Assembly (NCBI GenBank): GCA_951406725.2 | Contig: OX597816.1 | Span: 95,542,001-95,606,000, forward strand | Length of the DNA stretch: 64,000 nucleotides | Direction: 5' to 3' | Origin: Octopus vulgaris | Taxonomy: Eukaryota | Shown here: in pieces, positions 57,139-64,000 of the stretch | Numbering within the stretch: the first letter of the stretch is position 1 | How the letters are laid out: the number at the start of each line of letters is the position of its first letter | The notes under the pieces: generated by a model | Told to the model about the DNA's origin: nothing | Databases searched by the model: none | Seen by the model: only the letters and a program-made list of their open reading frames with translations | Translations under genes and position numbers: made by a program

Positions 57139-57668
57139 CTACGAACAAAACGCCTCCCCCCACGTCCAATGGACGGGGCTGAGTTGTCAAACATTTAAAC
57201 CAAATTTTCTCAACGACCGCCCCATAGGCCTCCCCTTTGAGAAACACTGATTTAACCTAAAATTGAGACACCTGCAAAAGAAGAAATAAAGAGAGACTTT
57301 TTTCTATTCCAAAGAAAAACGATTTTATTCACACAAATATGTAACCGAAGAGTTTAAAGTACCAGTAATGATAAGGCTGTTGACTGGGAGAACACAAACA
57401 TGGTTTAAACAGTAAGCTTGGCAGGAAAGAAACGTGCCTTTAAGCAATAAAAAATGAAAGGTGCAGTTATGTACAGGTTGATGGAAGAAAAGCACGTTCC
57501 CACGGCTTTATCAATCGCATTCTCACCTGGAATCGATTTTTGTAATGTTTTAAAGACTTATACACGCCCGAGCGCAGTCGGATGAAGGATGCCCAAGATC
57601 CTAGAAGACACACAGACAGACAGACAGACAGACAGAACGAATTTTTTATATATATATATATATATATA
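57139..57668 (-). mobile_element. Possible non-autonomous Helitron
   Basis: 5' (TA)nAAAAATTCGTT(CTGT)n start and subterminal hairpin CGTCC-ATT-GGACG. It ends GTAG rather than CTAG. Confidence 0.45.
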
Positions 57669-57669
57669 T

Positions 57670-57967
57670 GATGGACTCTCTCGTCGTTACACGACGTATG
57701 AAGGTTCGCCAATTTCTTACCGAACAAACACATAGATGTTTTGTTTATAGTGATCAAATGTTTCTGTACACATAACCTCACTCCCTCCATCAAATTGACA
57801 TTACCCGTACAGGTGCAACAGGTGCCACATGTCAGATGACGAAATGATCGTAGAGCAACGTGAAATGAAGTCCTTTGCTCAAGAACACAACGCAACGCCC
57901 GGTCTGGGAATCGAAGCCACGACCTCACAGTCGTGAGTGCAACACCTTAACCACTGAGCCATGTGCC

Positions 57968-57972
<5 letters not shown>
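57670..57972 (-). mobile_element. tRNA-derived SINE (third family)
   Basis: TGGCTCAGTGGTTAAGG A box, TTCGATTCCCAGACCGGGC B box and TTGAGCAAAG CORE-like block. Confidence 0.88.
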
Positions 57973-58021
<49 letters not shown>

Positions 58022-58944
58022 ATCATTTACTTACGTCAGTCATTAACCTGCGGTCATGTTGAGGCACTGCCTTTAGGAAATTTAGTGAAACGAATCGACC
58101 CACTTGTTTTTAATGGTCTCTTTTACTAAAACACTAGGATACACTGGGATGTAAACACTCCAACACTGGTCGTCAATCGGTGGTGGAGGGCAAACACAAA
58201 CACAAAGACATATACACATACAAGTGAATTTTAATTTAATAGTAATTACGTAGATTACGGTACTTAAGTTAAACCTTCGAATAGATGAAACGTGAATTCA
58301 TCTATTTTAGATTGAAATCTACATTTTACTTTACAACCTTGCATTGACTTCTTTAGACTTCTTGTGTATTTATATTGTTTTGTATTCCCTGAACTCTCAC
58401 GCATACATACATACATACATACATACATACATACATACATACATACATACATACATACATACATACAGACTAAAATACCCTGTTGTGGATGTTGAAATTC
58501 CAATGAAGGAACCTTGAATCTAGGTTGGAAACCGGCTCTTTCTTTATTGGCAAGAGATCTTGAAATAAAACTAAACAATAACATACATACTTACACACGC
58601 ACATACATACATACATACATACCTACATACATACATACATACATACATACATACATGTGTTTGCACTCGAATGTCTATCAAGCTTTCAAGAAACAAATTT
58701 ATCTGTGAACCAGATTATAATAATCTAAAACTTGGAAAAACTTTTGCGTTACTGATTATAGATTTCATCAATTAATATTCTATTGTTTCTAATGTTACAA
58801 CTTTTGTATACTCATTCTCAAGGATGTTCTGGGAAAACGTAAAAGAGAACTGGAAACAAAACCCCGGTAATATCAATGTGACATGTGACTCTGTGTATCG
58901 TGAAAGCATAAAATATCTAATTTAGTTTAAGTTTTTAAATATTA

Positions 58945-59340
58945 TTTTCCACTCTAGGTACAAGGCCCAAAATTTTGGAGGAGGGGCCAGTCGATTAGAA
59001 CTACCCCAGTATGCAACTGATACTTAATTTATCGACCTCGAAAGGAAGAAAGGCAAAGTCGACCTCGGCGACATTTGAACTCAGAACGTAAAAACAGACA
59101 AAATACTTATTTCTTTACTGCCCACATGGGGCTACATACAAAGGGGACAAACAAGGACAGACAATCGGATTAAGCCGATTATATTGACCCCGGTGCGTAA
59201 CTGGTACTTAATTTATCGACCCCGAAAGGATGAAAGGCAAAGTCAACCTCGGCAGAATTTGAACTCAGAACGTAGCGGCAGACGATATACCGTTTCGCAT
59301 TTCGCCCGGCGTGCTAACGTTTCTGTCAGCTCACCGCCTT
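58945..59340 (-). mobile_element. Dimeric tRNA-derived SINE
   Basis: Same organisation as 2784-3201, with an approximate TSD taagttttt(t)aaatatt at 58928 and 59342. Confidence 0.9.
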
Positions 59341-59779
59341 GTAAGTTTTTTTTAAAATATTGATCCAGTACGATCAGAAAACATGTATGCTCAGGGTTCA
59401 TAGCTAGAGTTCAAGTCAATTGCTTGCCGTATGTTGAGTGCGACTGACGTTAACAATAACCATGGGTGGGGGCAGTACATCATTTCATAGGATATATATG
59501 CGATAAGCATCTTGCTCGAACCGTATAGACTCATTGGTCCAGTTTTCCGGTGACCGTGTGGAATATATTCCCCACCTAGACGGGAAGCTGGTCCATTGCA
59601 AGATTGCTCATTTTTGTGAGCTGAGTGAACCGGAGCAACGTGAAATGAAGTGCTTTGTTCAAGGACATAATAATCATGAGTCCACACAGTGACCACTAAA
59701 TCACATATCCCCATTATTTCATAGATATGCGTACATATATGTGTGTCCATGTGTATAAACTGTATAAGTATTTCCAAAT

Positions 59780-59824
<45 letters not shown>

Positions 59825-60040
59825 TATATATATATATCACAATCAAGGAACGGCCATAATAGGCCATTCACCCACTAGAAATAACAGCCAAAGCTACAAC
59901 CGCAAAAATAACATTAATTCCGTAAACCGTTAATTCCGTGATGTTGAACTTATAAATGGTCTAAGACTATTTAATTTTTTCCCACTAGGCCGCTGGTGGC
60001 AAAAAAATTCTACAAAATTTTTTTTGCCACCCTATATTGA

Positions 60041-60105
<65 letters not shown>

Positions 60106-60124
60106 CACATATATGCATACGTAC

Positions 60125-60204
<80 letters not shown>

Positions 60205-60846
60205 GTTTGTGTGCGTACGTGCGTGCATGTTTGTATATGCATATATGTATGTATGTATGTATATATACATATACAAACTCACGCAAATAAATTTCTGGTA
60301 GAATTACTAACAACACCATTCCACTTACGTTAAAAATTTTTTTATATAAAATAATGCTATCTGTGTGTCCTCTATCACAAATGGAGGGCCTTGAGCACCT
60401 CGAGTCAAGGAAGTAAGATCTTCCACGATCCCTTGGTCTTCAAGTAATATCCCTTGAAACTTTACTGCTATGAGAAAGAAAGTGTTCATTGGATAAACGT
60501 ATGCCTAAAAACAGGAAGGTTATTTCTAGAACGCCCTTGATTTTATAGGTCGTCTTTTCGATTAGAGCTAAACCGGAACTTTGTAGCAACTATAGAAATA
60601 GAAAGATATAGGCGCCCGCGCGAACACACACACTCAGTTATACAGACACACTCAGATATTATTTCAAAGCGTATAATTTGATTTATTATGTTCCTGTATC
60701 ACATTTATATAATTTAAATTTTAAATTAGCTATGTTTGTAAGTTGATTTATTTATTGATCAGTTTCATAAACTATTCGACGATACATTTTAACAAATTAC
60801 AATATACAAATGCATACGCTTACATTCAAGTGCACCTACTTACCCG

Positions 60847-60919
<73 letters not shown>

Positions 60920-60960
60920 TGTGTGTGTGTACCTAAATATATTTGTATATTTAGGTTTGC

Positions 60961-61003
<43 letters not shown>

Positions 61004-61319
61004 GTACACATACACATGCATACGTACGCGCGCACACACGTTCTTTCTTTTTAAAATCTTTTTTTATATCCCGTCTTTGTAAATTGTTCGGTCAACTTTT
61101 ACTATCTGAGGTCGCTAACGATCCGCATTAGTTGATGTTCTGTTTTTAAGTCATCGTTCGCTTATTCCATATGAGATCGCTAGAGGGTTAAAGCTAATTT
61201 GATACTGCTGTTGTACTGGCTTGCAGTCTTCATTGTATCTATTTCATAGATTTTATTGTTCTTTTTATCTGAAAATACTCAAGTTGCATCAGATATATTG
61301 TGTGTGTTCGAGTGGCCTA

Positions 61320-61447
61320 TTATATATGTTTTTCTGAAACAATTTTTCTTGATATTTCTCGTTCTTCATTAATTAATATTTCTTGTTCATCCGTTGATGT
61401 GGAAATTGTAGGATCTTCAGTGCTATATCTGATAGCCATTGAAGCAC
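61320..61447 (-). CDS. Probable terminal coding exon of an unidentified host gene extending to the right
   Basis: Acceptor GTTGTTTATTCTTCAG|GT. Open phase-1 frame (G)ASMAIRYSTEDPTISTSTDEQEILINEEREISRKIVSEKHI followed by TAATAG, with AATAAA 63 nt downstream (61252-61257). Non-repetitive sequence. Confidence 0.5.
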
Positions 61448-61748
61448 CTGAAGAATAAACAACAAATAGCTAAAAAAGTAGGGTGTAACACATGGTATGG
61501 ATTAGAGAAACAGCGTTAGAAATAAATGTTGTACGCAAGCAGAAGCAGATTACTAAATTAGCCAATGAGAATGCTTAAAAATGTCAACATTTTCAGTTAA
61601 AAAATATGACAAGAATAAACATTCCCGAAATTTATAGAGAGAACGACGAAGCTGCCCAACGTAAACATTGAACAATTAAAACATATGTACAACAAAGAGC
61701 AACTGTAGTGAAACTCGAATTATGGATTAAATAATAGACGTTATGTAT

Positions 61749-61856
<108 letters not shown>

Positions 61857-61869
61857 TAGATATATATAC

Positions 61870-62304
61870 AGGAGACCAAAAGTGTACGTACGTCGCAATA
61901 TGTATATAAATAAAAACAAAAATGGAACAGAAACGAAACAGGCGACAACAAAAGATTCGAACAGTTAGACGATACCAAAAAGGACAGGAAAAACAAGGAC
62001 GGGTCATTCGGAGCCTTCAATCTTCAGTTGAGTACAATATTGTCTTTGCAGTTACGGCCGGTTACTCTCGAGAGTAATCGGCCGAAACTGCAAAGACTAT
62101 CTTGTACTCGGCTGAAGACTGAAAGCTCCGAATGACCCGTCCCAGAGTAACCGGCCGAAACTGCAAAGACGATCTGGTATCGATTGAAGATTGGAAGCTC
62201 CGAATGACCCATTCCTGTTTTTTCCTGTCCTTTTATGTATCGTCTATCTGTCCTAATGTTTTGTCGTCGCCTGTTACGCTCTTGTTCCAAATTTGGTTTT
62301 GTTT
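61870..62304. mobile_element. Fold-back element with 73-bp internal tandem duplication and three HHR-like cores
   Basis: Palindrome centre TTACTCTC|GAGAGTAA at 62069/62070. Unit 62071-62143 is repeated from 62144. Microsatellite flanks. Confidence 0.75.
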
Positions 62305-62346
<42 letters not shown>

Positions 62347-62610
62347 CTTATTGCAGTATAGAATATGGATTGGATTCATAGTATGGTGTGGCTATCAGAG
62401 AAAGTTCCTCTAAGGGACTCGGTTACCAGACCACATGGTAATCCTGTACAGAGAAGTGTAATGTAGAGTGTCCAAGCAGGTGAAATTCAGAAAAGCTTTT
62501 CAATGAAAGCATTTCACTCACACACACACACATACACACAATAATAATAATAATCATAACAACAACAACAACAATAATAATAAAAACAACAACAATAATA
62601 ATTAAATAGT

Positions 62611-63115
62611 GCCCTGGTGGCTTTTGATCTTAATTGATTGGAAGTGTTATCATGTACATGTTTTATCTTGGTATAGAAGATGGGCTACAACAAATATTCT
62701 GCTCAATACCATAGATCTACTCGTCAGTTGCTTGACCATAACCAGTTGAGTATGCTCTTTACTGACCTCTGATTACGAGCAGAAGTAAGTGGGAAGCATC
62801 ATAGCCACGTGTTGAGAGAAATTCTTTAGGGTTTGAATAATTCACCTCGGGCAACATCTGTGTTTCGTTCAGCAACTTTAAACAACTATTAATCAGGGTC
62901 ATTTTGAGCGGGGTAGGCTACACAACCAGAAGCAATTTCCAACAGGGGCCCACCTGCAAGGTTATGTGTTGTTTATCTTCATATGAGATCACCATGTCGC
63001 ACATATATAGTTGTGATGTTTGTGCCTGGTTTACACTTAGACGCGTAGTCATGATGGGTATATTGGGCATTGTATGTTTGTAAGCCAGTATCGCTTTGAT
63101 GGCATGCGCTGCTCT
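62611..63115 (+). mobile_element. Older copy of the ~550-bp (TAA)n-associated element
   Basis: Diverged but collinear with 63240-63790, with (AAT)n on both sides. Confidence 0.88.
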
Positions 63116-63125
63116 TAATAATAAG

Positions 63126-63197
<72 letters not shown>

Positions 63198-63200
63198 GTA

Positions 63201-63239
<39 letters not shown>

Positions 63240-63790
63240 GCCCTGATGCAGTACCAGGCAGTGGCTCTCATGGCTTCTGATCTTAACTGATTGGAAGTGT
63301 TATCATATATGTTTCACCTTGGTATAGAAGATGGGCTACAGCAAATATTCTGCTCAATATCACAGATTTGCTTGTCAGTTGTTTGACCTTAACCAGTTGA
63401 GCATGTCCCTTAGTGGCTGACGATATGTGCATCTCTGATCACGAGCAGAAGTAGTGGGGGAGTATCATAGCCATGTGTTGAGAGGGATTCTTTGGGGTTT
63501 GAATAATTCACCTCTGGAAACATGGGTGGTTCTTTCAACATCCTTAACCAACACTTATTCAGAGACCTTTTGAGCGGGATGGGCTACTCAACCTGAAGAA
63601 AATTCTAACTGGGCCCCACCTGCAAGGTCATGTGCTGTTTATCTTGATATGAGATCACCATGTCGCGCACATATGGTTGTGATGCATGTGCCTGGTGTAC
63701 CCTTATCAGACGGGTAGTCATGATGGGTATATTGGGCTTCGTATATTTTACCCCAGTGTCACTTTGATGGCATGAACTGCTCTCTCACTC
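63240..63790 (+). mobile_element. Apparently full-length ~550-bp non-coding retroelement inserted in (TAA)n
   Basis: Four copies in the window, all adjacent to (TAA)n. No ORF and no clear B box. Confidence 0.9.

Positions 63791-64000
<210 letters not shown>

Noticed and set aside
62071-62215. CRISPR-like repeat-spacer array
   Set aside because: Only two contiguous tandem units with no unique spacers, in a eukaryotic context with no cas genes.
63417-63455. CTGACGA in the TAA-associated element as an HHR
   Set aside because: No GAAA or closing helices in any of the copies.

Overview
AT-rich, repeat-dense eukaryotic DNA, most consistent with a cephalopod (Octopus-like) genome. This is inferred from the SINE families and the very abundant (TA)n, (TAA)n, (TACA)n and (TATC)n tracts. 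No complete host gene is visible, and most ORF-track entries are microsatellite artefacts. Recognisable content: a decayed Neptune-type Penelope-like element (PLE; RT + GIY-YIG), a second PLE GIY-YIG fragment, several R4/Dong-type restriction-like-endonuclease LINE fragments sitting in (TAA)n, RTE and L1/Tx1 fossils, a mariner nested in a non-autonomous Helitron, MITEs, a hAT fossil, many tRNA-derived SINEs, and a probable minus-strand terminal coding exon near 61.3-61.4 kb. The most notable hidden signal is non-coding. At least eight unrelated short elements inserted in microsatellites each carry a minimal type I hammerhead ribozyme (HHR) motif with a palindromic helix III, often as inverted pairs. 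They include a 482-nt unit with a perfect 96-bp terminal redundancy (retrozyme-like), a PLE terminus with a tRNA-derived Pol III head upstream of its HHR, a candidate lacking helix II, and a recurrent CCGANGA (U4C) core variant. All folds were read by eye and none has been tested.
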